DNA from: Camelus ferus
Lineage: Eukaryota
Reading direction: 5' to 3'
Assembly: GCF_009834535.1 (NCBI RefSeq)
Contig: NC_045697.1
Location: 44,456,001 to 44,520,000 of the forward strand
DNA length: 64,000 nucleotides
A program made the position numbers and the translations under genes. Positions 41,684 to 54,700 of the stretch are shown here, in pieces. The notes below the pieces were generated by a model, which did not search any database, had not been told where the DNA came from, and saw nothing but the letters and a program-made list of their open reading frames with translations. Numbering within the stretch: the stretch's first letter is position 1; every line of letters starts with the position of its first letter.

Positions 41684-44589
41684 TACTTTATGTAATACTT
41701 TGAAATGATAAACTTTAGAAATGGAGACAGCTTAGTGGCTCAGGGGTTAGGGATGGGAGGTGGGTGTTATAAAAGGGTAGCACAAGGTGCTGGAATTGTT
41801 TAGTGTCTTGACTATGATGGTGGAGTACATAAACCCACACATGTGACAAAATTGTGTAATGTACACAGAGCAAAACTGGGGAAATGTGAAGATATGTGGC
41901 TTGTATTAACGTCAGTTTCCTGGTTGTGATTTATATGGTAGTTTGAAAAATGTTGCCATTGGAGGAAACTGGGTAAAATGTATGAGGGATCTATTTATTT
42001 CTTACAACTGTATGTGAATCTAAAATGATCTCAATAAAAAATTCAAATAAAGAAAAAAGTTTGGTGGAATTGTTTTCGTAATTCTTATGGTACAAAGGTT
42101 ATTGAAATAGGACATTAACCTTAAAAAAATCTACTCTTACATGGCAAATAAAATTACCGTATGCAGTCAGCCTTTCACCTTTTAATTCTTTACGCAATAT
42201 TGGACATTCAGTCACGTAGGCTGAAAGCTGTGATTATAGGAAAATTTACTAAATATCTTACAACATTCTCTGTAGACAGATTAAGAAGTCACTGAAGAAA
42301 CTTTCTCGGTGTAAGTAAAGAAGAGTGAAGACTGAAAAAGGTGGAAGGATGTGAGTCATTTCCAAAAATTAAAAACAAAATTTCTTTTTTGATCAACTTA
42401 GATGTTTGCTTCTAAAGGCGAATAGACTGGCAGCTAGCGGGCCACTGTGAAGCTCTGATCATACACTGTATGGGGTGACTTTAAACCACAGAGATAAAGT
42501 TATCATAGTGACATAGTGTTTGAAGTTATGAGTATACCTCATCTATGGATAAAGTCACTCAGAAAGGGATCTATAGTAAGAAGAGAAGAGGACCAAGGCA
42601 AAAACTGGGGGGAATAACGGAGTTTAAAGAGAGGGCAGACCAGAACGTGAGTGGGAGAATTCAAGAACAGTGGTACTACTCTAAAGTTTGTATGTCTATT
42701 TTTGGAGAGTGGGAATGGGTTAGGTGAGAGTGAAGAGGACTTTCTCTTTTCACTCTATATTCTTCTGTTTGGATCGTTAAGAGTGAAACTGTATTTGCTT
42801 ATTATTTGTGTACTTTAATATTACTTTAAAGTAAAAATAAGCATATAGTACAAAATAAAATAATGAAGCTTGGCAAGTGGTAGACAGTGAAGGATACTGG
42901 TTCCTAGACTCAGAGAGAAGAGCTGTCATACTGTTAGGGTCTGTGCTGGCCCTATCATGCTGCTTGCCGCACAAGAGGCCATAATGAAGTGTTTGTTAAG
43001 TGCGTGATGCTTGACAACTTCCTGAGGAAGTGCAGAGGCAGCCTCGGTCCCTGCTGTGGCCCATGGAGAGGTAAGTGGTCTTCCTAGAGTATCTTGTTGG
43101 AAGGTGACAGAAGGCCTATGTCTCAAACACTTGAGAGTCACCACCTGCCTTTATGGATTTGTTGGGGGAAGGCTATCCTTCCTTTGCATAAGAGAACTAG
43201 GATGTACATTAAGGAATTTTGAAGTGCGAGGCCAGAAGATGAAGTATTTAGACGTACAAACAGCATTCGCAACAGCGTTTTCAATAGAAGGTTGGCAATG
43301 GAAAGGAAGAACGATACGGTATGCGGATGCTTAGCATCATAGAATTGGGTTTCCTGAATGACATCTTTGGATAATAAAAACTAGTATCTTGGTTAGGGAT
43401 AGAGTGCATCTCTAAAGGACTAGGGGTAAACAGACTTTTTCCAGAAATATACTAAACTGATAAAGAGGGCTTTTTTGAAGGATGGAGGAAAAATCCAGAT
43501 TAATGCTAAATCTGTACATAACGGAAGGCAAAATGACATAGAATAACAATGAACAGAAATCTGAAGCTTTAAAGTTATCATGAGATGGTATTTGAAACTA
43601 TGAGCATAGATGAGATCACTCTGTTCTCGTCTTGGCTACTTCCTGCCAATTACTCTGCTATTGCTTGGGTGTTTTTCATAGGTTTCAGGTTTGAGGTCTT
43701 CCACAGTCAGTGAGGCCAGCGCTCAGCAGAGATGGGAATGAAGGGGGCTGACAGGCCTCTGCAAAGGGCCCACAGTAGCACTACTTTGGTATGCCCACTG
43801 CAAACCAAGGTCTGGTCTCAGATTTCCAGGTACAGATTCTGCCACTGTAAACACACAAGACGCCACTGCACAAACCAAAATGCCAATTTATTAATTTATT
43901 AATGAACAAACTTAGGGATGAGGGAAGTTTCCTTTCCAGTGGCCTGAACATGTATGGCTGCTATGAAGGAGAATACCAACCTCATATGAGGTTGAATTAT
44001 TAATCAAAGGGTGATTAACTCAGAATAAATTTCCAAAAAAGGTGAACAGTAATCTTGAGGGATGCAAAATGGTAAAGTCTGATTTTTTTCCAACCCTACA
44101 AAAGAGAACTTCTTTACTAAGTTACTAAGTTAGGAATTTCTTCTTGGAATTTCAAACTGGAGAACACTAGGTAATCACTGCAGTGTAATTTTTATAGTAT
44201 ATCTATTATACTATACTTGGTAGAATATTAGGCAGCCATTACAATTTTAGCTATGAAGATTATGCAGCAACATAGGAAATACAGCGGCATAATATCTGAT
44301 GCAAAAAGTAGGATATGCAATTTTACTGTTTCAAAGTGAACACATTAGGGGAAAAAACTGACATGAAACACATCAAAATGCTCAGAGTGGTTATATTAGG
44401 AAGATAGTCTTATGAGTTATTTTTTTTCTTTACTTTCATTGCTCTTCAAATTGAATAAGGTTTTTTTAATGATTAAAAAAATACACCTGGATTATATGTA
44501 ATGACTACTGCTTTTTTCTTCGCAACTCGCCCAAATTTGCATGCAGTCACTAAATAACCATCCAGCGTTGGTTCAATTATTTTTTTTCC

Positions 44590-45500
44590 CCTTACAGAAC
44601 TGGTTATTATACTAGATTAGTAAAATGCTATAGGCACAGTATATCCTGATTTCAGCATAGCATTTGATATATCTCTGCTCTTGATCAAGGTTCTTTGGAT
44701 TACAGTAACAAAAATGTACTCAGATTTGCTCATGTAAAATATGAATCTTGGGGACAGGAGAATTGCATATAACCCAAGGGAGGAAGTTCAGCTGAGGACA
44801 GAAGTCAGTGATTGGTGTATCATGAAGAATCAAGGTAGATGCCATCTGCAGCTTGTCAGAACCACGTGGCCTCTGGTCCCTTGTTCTTTCTACACATCTG
44901 CTCATTCATTTATCCTTCTCTCCCTTCACACTCAAAATTTATGTTCTCAGCTTCTCCGAGTCACATGGCGCACAAAGGCTGTTCAATCCTATAATCAAAT
45001 TTTCCCCTAATTCCAGTCCTCTGGCCAAACGCTTACAGACCCAGTATCCTAATTTCAATTCAATTTCAACTCCTAGGAGAGAAAATCCAATTGACCAGTT
45101 TGGGTCAGATGTCCACCTTGGACTTGGTTTTGGCAGTGGAGGTGGAGGTGGGGTCATATAATACAAATATGGCTGCAAATGGGCCACCCTTGGTTGAGGA
45201 GAGAGTTCAGAGAAAGGAGTCATGGCTTGGCAGACAACTCAAAACATATTTACTCCCTGGATTTCTCATGAGTCCTTGGCAACAGGGTGGAGACAGAGTT
45301 GGTTGAATAGACAAGAAGGTATATTGTAACTGGTTAAATGACCACACCCACAGAAGATAAATCAGGGTAAATCAGGGACCCTTTGCCTAAGGTTTCTGAA
45401 GGGCGTGGCTTCCAGCTCTTCTGTGTAGATCTCCAGTAGCTTCCACTAAGGCTTTATCTGGGCTCTGTCCTGATCAACATTTTTATTAAAGTCTTGGATT
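44590..45500 (+). mobile_element. Ancient L3/CR1 LINE remnants flanking an old MaLR-like LTR (about 44685-45290)
   Basis: TATATCCTGATTTCAGCATAGCATTTGATA and CTCTGTCCTGATCAACATTTTTATTAAAGTCTTGGAT resemble CR1 RT motifs (YLDFSKAFD, LFNIFINDL). Confidence 0.5.
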
Positions 45501-45545
45501 TCCTGGGTCTAGGGAATTTGCATTTCTACTTTCCCTAATATTCTT

Positions 45546-45708
45546 TTTTAAATTATTTATTTATTTCATTATTATTTTGGGGGAGGAAGGTAGGTGATCA
45601 GGTTTGTTTGTTTGTTTGTTTGTTTAATGGCAGTACCGGGGATTGAACCCAGGACTTTATGCCTGCTAAGCATGCACTCTATCACTTGAGCTATACCCTC
45701 CCCTCTTA
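45546..45708 (-). mobile_element. tRNA-Ala-derived SINE (Vic-1-like)
   Basis: 15-bp duplication TTCCCTAATATTCTT (45531-45545, 45709-45723); A/B boxes; (TTTG)n tail. Confidence 0.9.
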
Positions 45709-46435
45709 TTCCCTAATATTCTTAAATCTTCTCTACATCCACCCCTGTCAACACCAATGACAGATTTCTTAACTGACAAAAATAGAAGGAATCAGAACTC
45801 ATTATCTGTTTATCATCAAACGTATCAATTTACCTGCATCTGTACTCATGTAATCTCCCTTCCCTCCTATGAGGCAGATGGATCACCTTTACTCTACCTT
45901 GCGTGTCGGATTCCACCTTCTCTTACCCACTTAAGAACCTGGCTTCTGCAATTACCTCCCCATTTCTACCCTACATCACCAGTTTTCATCTTTCTATTGG
46001 ATCATTATCATCATCATACAAGCACAGTATGATACTGAGAAAAAAAATCAGCCCTCACAAACAGAGCTATATGTCACCTAGACTGCCAGTTAGCCATAAA
46101 GTTAAACTAACAGTAGACTAAAAAAACTTTTATGTTCTGGTCCTCTTGAACAAATACTGTATCCCCTTTGGGAAATGTTTTAGCAATCTTTACAAATAGC
46201 TTTCCAAATTTGTTTAAACTATGGTCAACACCATAGAATATTATGCAATGTACTTGCTTCCCTGGGGTCTTGCAGGATATGAATGTAGTTATTAGTCTAG
46301 AAGCAGTGAAATGAGAATTGCTAAGTATGGGTCTTGAGGAGAATCAACATTGCTCTGCAAAGCACCTACTGCAGGATAGGTCATGAAAGGTTCCTCAGGC
46401 AAGGGGAGGCTAATCCCCAGACAGTAAATAGATGG

Positions 46436-46895
46436 GCCAGATTCCAATTGCTGCTGTCACAAATTGCCACAAATTTATAGGCTTAAAACAACACAAATTT
46501 ATTATCTTACAGCTCTGGAGTCTCACTGGACTAAAAAAGGAGTCACCAGGGCTGCATTCCTTCTGGAGGCTTTACGGGAGATTTTCTTTCTTTGCCTTTT
46601 CTAGCCGCTAGAGGCCACATGCATTCCTTGGCACGTGGTCCCCTTCCTTCGTCCTCAAAGCCAGCGGTATATATTTCAAATCTCTCCTTCTGCCGCTGAC
46701 CCTCTTGCCTCCCTCTTATAAGGACTCTTGTGACTACACTGGGGGCACCTGGATAGTCCAGGACAATCTTCCAATTTCAAGAGCCTTAATTGAATCAAAG
46801 CTGCACAATCCCTTTTGCTTTGTAAGGCAACACAGCTACAGGTTTTGCAGATTAGGATGTGGACATCTTTGGGGCCCATTACTGTGCCTACCACA
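46436..46895 (-). mobile_element. MLT1 (MaLR) solo LTR
   Basis: GGCTTAAAACAACACAAATTTATTATCTTACAG...GGACATCTTTGGGGCCCATTACTGTGCCTACCACA. Confidence 0.82.
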
Positions 46896-48371
46896 GTAGA
46901 GGAAAAGCTGTTTCTATTGGCTAGGAAGGCTTGGCAAATTTTGGGGGTTCAAGGTCCTCAGCTTCACTGAAATTTGTCCAAATATACCCAGCTAATTTTC
47001 AGTTCCACTCTTTCCTTAAATGTTTTAACTTTAACATAAGAGATTATGCAAGTTAATTCGATTTGCTTTGTAATTCAACCTTCTTCATGATCAGATTTTG
47101 GGTTTGTTTTTCACTAATCTTGACCCTGTGGCTATATCAGGTAAGGGTTTTTTTCCCCCAATGCAGGAAAGAAACTTTATGGTTCCTTATCCTCAAAGTA
47201 GGACTTTACACCTTGAGCATATCATTTTCTTTCTCTAAATTCTCCAGTGTAATTTGAAATACTCCACTCCACAGTCCTTGTACCATTTATTTCCATATGT
47301 TATTGCAGCAAATTCTTGGTAGTCCAAGGTGATAACTAGCCATTTGCCACTGTATACTACTGGCTGTTAATGCCATTATCACTGGCAACAGGATCCTTTA
47401 AATCTAATGGGATCTGAGAATCAATTCCCATCCTTAAAGTTCTGTGCCTCCTGGAAACCACTTCTATTACCAATAACTAGGTGTTTTAAGGAAATCAAGC
47501 CACTGCAAGTAATCTGGAAGAAACCGATTTAATGTAGGAACTGAGGGTTAGGTGAAAGTAGGAGAAACTGGAGGAGGACACGTCTGGGAGATGCAGCAGC
47601 AGGATTATAGAATACTCACTAATGACATTGGTTTGAAGTATTGGAGCAGATGAAGAAGCCGGAACCCATGTAAGATGACAGAGCTTGTGGGGGAGTCTGA
47701 GAAGCTGCCATTTATGGTCACCTTGACTACAAAGCAGGAGTTTGCATATGTTTGAGATGCCATTGTGTTTGCCTGCCACAGCTGCAAAGTGAGAGCTTGT
47801 GGCGAGATTTGGGAAGCTGGGAACTGCCACAATCTCCTGGAAGAAGAAAAGTCTGTGAGCTGCTACAGAGAATAAAAGCTTCTTTCCCCTGTCTTCCCTA
47901 TATACTGTGAGCACCTCTCACTGGCAAACTCTAACTTGGAATCATCAAGGGAGGGGAATTCTGGGAACCGTTCTTGGCTTCTCCTTTGCAATGCGGAGAT
48001 GGTACACATGGGTGGCAGTAACACAAAGTTGACAACCAACAATTCAGCATAGTTAGAATACTTTTAATTTTGAGAAATTAACTGGCAAATCAAACTGGCT
48101 TAAATGATAAAGGGAATGTATGGAGTCAGTGACTGTCCAGAGGTAGGGATAGCTGTAGGTGGAAACTGACCTGGTTGCTCAAGGAATGTGACCAGGACCT
48201 GATATCCTGTCTTCCATGTCTCAGTAACTCTTTATTGCTCTTTGATTCTTATCTTCATAGGTATCTTTTTGTTACAAAACAGCTGCTGGTTTTCCCTCTG
48301 CTACATGCTTTTCAGTTTATGACTGACTAATGAGTAAGAGGATTTCTTCAAATGTCAAAGAGAAATTCTTG

Positions 48372-48503
48372 GCGGGGGAGGGGACAGCTCACATGGTAGA
48401 GTGCATGCTTCCCATGCAGGAGGTCCTGGGTTCAATCCCCAGTACCTCCTCTAAAAATAAAATAAATAAAACTATTTATAACCCCCCCCCCCAAAAAAAA
48501 CAC
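48372..48503 (+). mobile_element. tRNA-Ala-derived SINE (Vic-1-like) within an older MLT1-like remnant
   Basis: 16-bp duplication CAAAGAGAAATTCTTG (48356-48371, 48504-48519). Confidence 0.9.
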
Positions 48504-49509
48504 CAAAGAGAAATTCTTGAATGTGATTGGTTGATGTAGGCTGTGTGCTCTTCCCAAACCAAAATGATGTGACTAGGGGTGATGAGTTCATTCAGATTAG
48601 TCAACTGGAGAAGGGACAACCGATGTTCGGGGGCTCCAACTCCAAATGTCTACCATGGTAGCCCAAATATCAAGGACATGAAACAGTTAAACAGAATAAC
48701 CCCTCCTACTATGGTCAGAGGGACTGTGCGATTATGTGTCACTACTTTTAAAGTGTGACTTTTGAGCAACTGTACTGCGTCTGAGCACCTGAGAACTCTC
48801 AGCCCTGGTGTAAGGAAGTGATTATTCTCAGGCAGCTTGTATGGGACGAGGAATATCAAACAACTCAGAGACACTGCAATAAAGGAAAAGGCTCCAAACA
48901 GCCCCAGGACAAGAAACATGTTCCTAAACTTTTTTTGTGGCTTTCAGTATTTGTTAGTGGAAACTTAATCTGAAACCCCAACTTGTCTATATTATGTTCT
49001 CTTTCAATAATTATTCCCTTGAAGTCCTACAAACTAAATAGGACAAAATCGGCAGCTAAAAGAAACTTAAAGGTAGACTATGAAGCAAACCCTGGTATTA
49101 TTTGGCTTCAGCCTTGATCCCTGGGAAAAGAAAGAAGTCTGCATGATCCTACATGCCAGAACTCAGTTCTAGTCACAATATTGTACTTAATGCAATGCCT
49201 GAGGCAGGATTATGAGAAGGCTCTGGATGAGCCCTAGCTGCAGCAGCTAACCAAAATTTCATCCCAGAGCTTCAGAAAGGCGGAGGGAAAAAAGGAAAAA
49301 AAAAAACGAATTTAATGGAAACGTTAGTCTTATTCTTTATTGGAAAGAGCAATAATGTTAATCCAATTCTTGCCTTATTTTTAATGACCTCCTGCTGTCA
49401 TCAGAGCTTGTTTTTCTTTGTAGAAAATGTCATTCTAGAAAGCATAAAGTCATATGACCACATATAAATAACACCTTATTTGGAGATTAGCCTCTTGCCA
49501 GAAGAAATC

Positions 49510-50490
49510 AACCATGAGAGGCCTCATGACTGGCCTTCTAACTCATCCTCCCGATACCTACCCTCCCACAGTCTACTGTCCATACAACATCCAGAATGGT
49601 CTGGATTATCAGAATCCATATTATAATTATCTGGATTATTCTGCCCACTGAAAGTTTAAATTAGGTCATATCCTCCCCCTGCCCAAAACCCTTCCAGATT
49701 CACATCACATTTGTAATAAAAGCCAAGTGCTAACTGCATCTTACAAGGCCCTGGGAGACCTCGTTTCTGAATACCTCTCAGTTATGATCTATTATGTTTT
49801 CTTGCCTTCACTCTATTCAGCCACATTGGCTTCTCTCATTCACTGAAAGTGCCAAGCACACTCTGTTTCTGCCTTGTAAACTCTTCCCTCAGCTCTGTTT
49901 TTCGCTTTCTCCTTCGCCTCCTTCTGGGCTCCGCTTAAAAAGGTACCTCCTTGAAGGGTCTCTCTGACCACTGTATCTAAAATAGTACATAATCTGTCTC
50001 TAGCACTGTACTCATTTTTCTTCCTATCTCTACCTAAAATTGTATTGTATTATTTTGTCTGTTGTTTGCCTCTTCCACTAGAATGTCAGCTCCATGAGAC
50101 GAAAGACCTTGTCTGTTTTGGTCATTGTTACATTCCCAGCACCAGAAATGCAACTGTGCCATGGGTTTCATGGTCAAAGATGAATAAATCTAGAAATAAA
50201 CCACTATTTATGTTCTAAGAAGCATTTGGAGGAATGCAGATGTATTTTAGAGGTAGAAGTTGGTGACTGACTGGTTATGGGGGGTGAAGACAGGGGTGCT
50301 ATCAAGGACTTCTTGATTTTTTGTCAGGGGCCCATGAGTGGGGGGAGGTGTCATGTCCTGAGAAGAGGAAGACCAAATGATTTGTAGGGAAGATGAGTTC
50401 AGTTTTGGACATCTAAAGCTTGAGATGCCTGTGGGACATCCAAGTGGAGAAGTTAGGTAGGCAATCAAATACATAGGTCTAGAGTGACAG
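49510..50490. mobile_element. Two L2 remnants in opposite orientations (about 49510-50190 and 50240-50490)
   Basis: CACTAGAATGTCAGCTCCATGAG...CTTGTCTGTTTTG; GATGAGTTCAGTTTTGGACAT...GACATCCAAGTGGAGA. Confidence 0.7.
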
Positions 50491-50527
50491 TTAACTTTTC
50501 TTATTGTTTGGATGTTTCTGAGCTGGG

Positions 50528-50645
50528 TTTTTTTGTTGTTGTTGTCCATTTGTTTATTTATATTTTACAGAGATACTGGAGATTGAACTGAGGACCTCAT
50601 GCATGCTAAGCATGTGCTCTACCACTGAGCTGTTATCCTCCCCTC
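50528..50645 (-). mobile_element. tRNA-Ala-derived SINE (Vic-1-like)
   Basis: GGACCTCATGCATGCTAAGCATGTGCTCTACCACTGAGC; flanks GAGCTGGGTTTT / GAGCTAGGTTTT. Confidence 0.85.
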
Positions 50646-53149
50646 GAGCTAGGTTTTCTTTAATTGAATCTAAAGGCACCCTACTGATGTCTCTGTGGTT
50701 AAGCTCAATTTAGATTCTACAATAGACTTGCTAAGTGAAATTTGACAGTTCATAGTGATAGGGCCGCTATTTTTCTCTAAGTGAAATGAGAGCTTCCTGA
50801 CAGGCAAGAATGATAATAGAGAACGTTCACTGGACAATTGGTCACTTCACGTAAAATCACAAGGTAATTCTTCAACAAAATGCTTACATCCTATTGAGGG
50901 TGTTTTGCAACTGAGTAAATGGCTGTTTAACATGATTGTAGAAGAGGCTCAAGGATGTGTATCTTGTATAGGAAATGGGTTCTTCATGCTGTTTCTTCTG
51001 GACACTGTTTATTCTAGGTTGCCAAATGGAATGCATACTCCACGTAAAAATTTTTGAGCAAAGATATGCTTGTCCCATTTGTAGAGTGTATTTAGCAGAT
51101 TAAAACTGCGACTCCTTAACTTAGGTGTGTACATCTTGTCCTGCATAAAAGTGATTCCAGTTTAAACCTCAAATGAACTTTTTTTGGCCTTTTATAAGTA
51201 GTCTAGTTTTTTCCTGCACTTTTGGCTTCTTAAGTACTGAATCTAACAAGGATCTACTGTTTCAGTGTTATCTTAAATGCACTGGGAACCTCCTGGAGCG
51301 TGGAGTTTCTCGTAAGATGGACATTGAGAAGGGACACTACTTCCCTGCAGTGGTCTGGGCCAGTCTAATATAGTGCTAATATATCATCTCCAGCTACTTC
51401 AACATTAAATTTTTACCTATGAATATGGAATAAAAGTTTGGTTTTCTCCTTCTTAAGGAATTTCACACATCAGCAAGTGGTTAGAGGAAGCGTTTTTATG
51501 CTACAGATAAAATGGAATGGTGGGCAGAGACTTAAGTCCCTGGAAGAATACCTAGTTTGCCTGAAAGATCTTAAACCTAGCAAGTTGTCATTCAACAATT
51601 CAACCAGCAATTAGTTTACTATATCTGAGTGTGTATACACATATGCATGAGGTAGGAAGGATACAAAGAACATATTATCTTTAATTTTCAGGAACTCATG
51701 GTCTAGTACAATTGCATATTTAGAAGAGCAGAAGCAAGGATAAAGGCTGTGAGAATGGATGATTAATTCTGCCTCAGGGAGCCTGAGAAGTCCCAAAGTA
51801 GTAACATCTAACTGGGGTTTTGAAGGAATAGTTTACCAGGCTGATGAGGAATGAAAGAACTAGGGTTGAAGTGACTTCTAAGAGGAATGCTGGGTGGATA
51901 GGAGGTGCAGGAGCACAGGGTGCAGAGATTTGGACCATAATATGGGATATGAGTGATAAGGCATCATACATACTCACATAACATACAGTACAGGTGTTAG
52001 CTTTAAAATCATTCCTAGGTTTTCTAGAATTTTTAAGTATAAACTCCAAGAAGTCCAGAAGCTACCGGGCTGTGTGAATTAAAACGAACCTTTGGGAAAA
52101 GTCTTATTACTAAAAGGCAGGTACTTCTAAAGCTATTTTAAGAGCAAAAGAATCCTCTCTTGACTGCAAAAGAGATTGAAGAGACACCTCTTAGGTGATC
52201 TTCTTCTTAGTTGTCTCTAAATTGAAATAATTGGTTTGAGCACAATACCCACTTTGTTCTTGGTTCTTATTTTGACAGGTGGAGACATACCTGTAGTCAC
52301 TACCACTTGATCTAAGATACACATTCTTAGCATTGCCTGGGTATGATTTACCTAATACAGGAATTCAGCATTTTTTAAGATGTTTTCAGAATTTGATCTG
52401 TATTCCTGGGTTTTAATTATTCTGTAATGCAAATTCTGCAAGCTTGTCTAATTATAAAAAAAATTACATGCTTTTAAAACCCTCCTTTGAGATTTCTGGA
52501 TAGCGTCAACACAAATTCATTTAATTACATAGTGGAAAACAAATACATTTTTCGGAGTTCTTTGCTATATTTCTCACTAGTCTTCATTTCCTCAGTGTCT
52601 GGGCACATGCTAAACAGGCAAATAATCATTTGTTGACTAAAGAAGTACCTAAAAGCTTCATTTTCTTCTAGATGTAATTGCAGGAAGCTGCAAATCCCAA
52701 AGCCCGAATAATCCAGTTTCCAGCCAAGGCACCTGGGATTTCTAATAGGTCTATTAAAGAACTTGAATGTTATCCGGCATAAAACGCCTAGCGGTATTTA
52801 ACAACAATCCCCGCCCCCCCAAACCCCCCAGCACCCCCCCCACAACACAACAGAAAAACCTTGGGAAGATGATTCACAGCATATATACATTCTATTTAGT
52901 ACAAGGACTAAAAGGCATTAAATTAAACGACTGGTTGATCTAATCCACTTCCCAACTCTCAGGATTTTCAAAGAATCTTGGTAGGTTTCAGGAACCTCAA
53001 ATAAAGCAAGCAAAGCGAAACAATCCCTGTTCCTTAAAATATGCAAGCTACCTGAGTATTTTGACGAAAAAGTTCTGGAGAAATGCAAGCAAGTAAAAAA
53101 ATCTTACTTAGAAAGCAAATCTTAAAAGAAAAAGCAGCCCTAATCGTCA

Positions 53150-54700
53150 GCAGCCTCAGCCTGCTGGCCCGGGGCTGGGAAGCCCGACGACGACTGTCGG
53201 GGAAACCTCAATGTCACCCGGTCGTCGGCGACTACGGTGGGAGGAGAGCTGCCGCAGGCCGCGCGCGCGCCGCCAACCCCGGCACCTCGCTCAGAGCACC
53301 GCGAGCCAGGCGTCCCCAGCAGCCGCGTGGGACAGAGCCGACACCTCAGGGCAGCCTTCCTTCCAGGGCTGGGACCTCCCGCACAGAAGGAGCCGCCGGC
53401 TGTGCACCTCCCCTTCCCCACTCCCAATCCGCAGGCGCACAGGGGACAGTCGTCTTCCGGGAGGCGCTACCACACCCCTGCCCGACGCCGCTGCTCCTGC
53501 CCGCTCCTGGGAGTGGGGGTGGGGTTGGTGGATGAGCGGCCAGGAACCCTCGCAAAGGCGGGGGCGGAGGAAGGAGCCCCTCTAGCCGCGCCTTCGAAAC
53601 AGCGCTCCTTGTTCTCGATGGTCCCCGCGCGGCCGTCTTATCGAACGCCATTTCCGGTTCCTTTTAAAGGCCCCTAGCTGTGCTGCGCGGCGCGTGAGAG
53701 GAAGGCATAAAAGGGAGCGAGAGGGCGGGACCGAGAAGGAAGGGGAAAAAAAACTAGCGGTAGAGGGGGCGGGGGAGGTGCAAAGGGCGCGCTTGCGCGT
53801 CACGTGACCGGGACGCGCCGTTCTTCCGTCGGCCATTTTAGGTGGTCCGCGGCGGCGCCATTAAAGCGAGGAGGAGGCAAGAGCGGCCGCCGCTGCTTCT
53901 TATTCTTTTTTAGTGCAGCGGGCGAGAGCGGGAGTGCGCGCCGCGTGAGAGTGGGAGGCGAGGGGGGCAGGCCAGGGAGAGGCGCAGGAGCCTTTGCAGC
54001 CACGCGCGCCTTCTCTGTCTTGTTGTGTGCTTCGCGCGGTAGAGCGGGCGCGCGGCAGCGGCGGGGATTACTTTGCTGCTAGTTTTCGGCTCGCGGCAGC
54101 GGCGGGTGTAGTCTCGGAGGCGGCGGAGGCACTAGCACTATGTCGGAGGAGCAGTTCGGCGGGGATGGGGCGGCGGCGGCGGCGGCAACGGCGGCGGTAG
54201 GCGGCTCAGCGGGCGAACAGGAGGGAGCCATGGTGGCGGCGGCGCAGGGGGCAGCGGCGGCGGCGGGAAGTGGAGCCGGGACCGGGGGCGGAACCGCGGC
54301 CGGCGGCACCGAAGGGGGCAGCGCCGAGTCCGAGGGGGCGAAGATCGATGCCAGTAAGAACGAGGAGGATGAAGGGTGAGTAAGGGGCGGCCCGGGATAG
54401 TCAGGCCCAACTATCCCCCCTCCCCCTCCCTGCCCCCCGCCATTAGGCCTCGTTCCCGCTCTCCGCCCGCCCTCCAGGCCCAATGCAGCTTTCCTTCACT
54501 GTTCTCCCTTTCTCTTCGCTGGACTCCCCGGGGTTTTCATTTCCTTCTCCCCCTGCCTGCTTATCGCCCCCTCCCCCATCACACACGTTTCCACCTTTAG
54601 CCGTCACCATGCTGTTCCCCGGCCCGCCCTCCTTCCCTCCCTCGCCTTGGGTCTCCTCCCACCGATTTAGCCGCCAGGATTTTTTCCCGCCTGTCGAGGG
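53150..54700. promoter_or_regulatory. CpG island promoter of HNRNPD; likely TSS near 53823
   Basis: High CpG; GC boxes; palindromic E-box GTCACGTGAC (53799-53808); TCTTCCGTCGGCCATTTTA (53822-53840). Confidence 0.9.
54140..54375 (+). CDS. HNRNPD: hnRNP D0 / AUF1 exon 1 coding part (236 nt)
   Basis: MSEEQFGGDGAAAAAATAAVGG...KIDASKNEEDEG; donor GG|GTGAGT. Confidence 0.97.

Larger units (their letters stand above)
39400..42058 (+). mobile_element. L1MD-like LINE 3' portion, interrupted by an LTR and a SINE
   Basis: ORF2-like 39400-39810, resumes about 40984; 3'UTR TTGGAGGAAACTGGGTAAA...TCTTACAACTGTATGTGAATCT, AATAAA and A-tail. Confidence 0.8.

Noticed and set aside
47495..47914. 139-aa minus-strand ORF
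   Set aside because: No domain or splice support; it lies in sequence that looks like an old LTR remnant.
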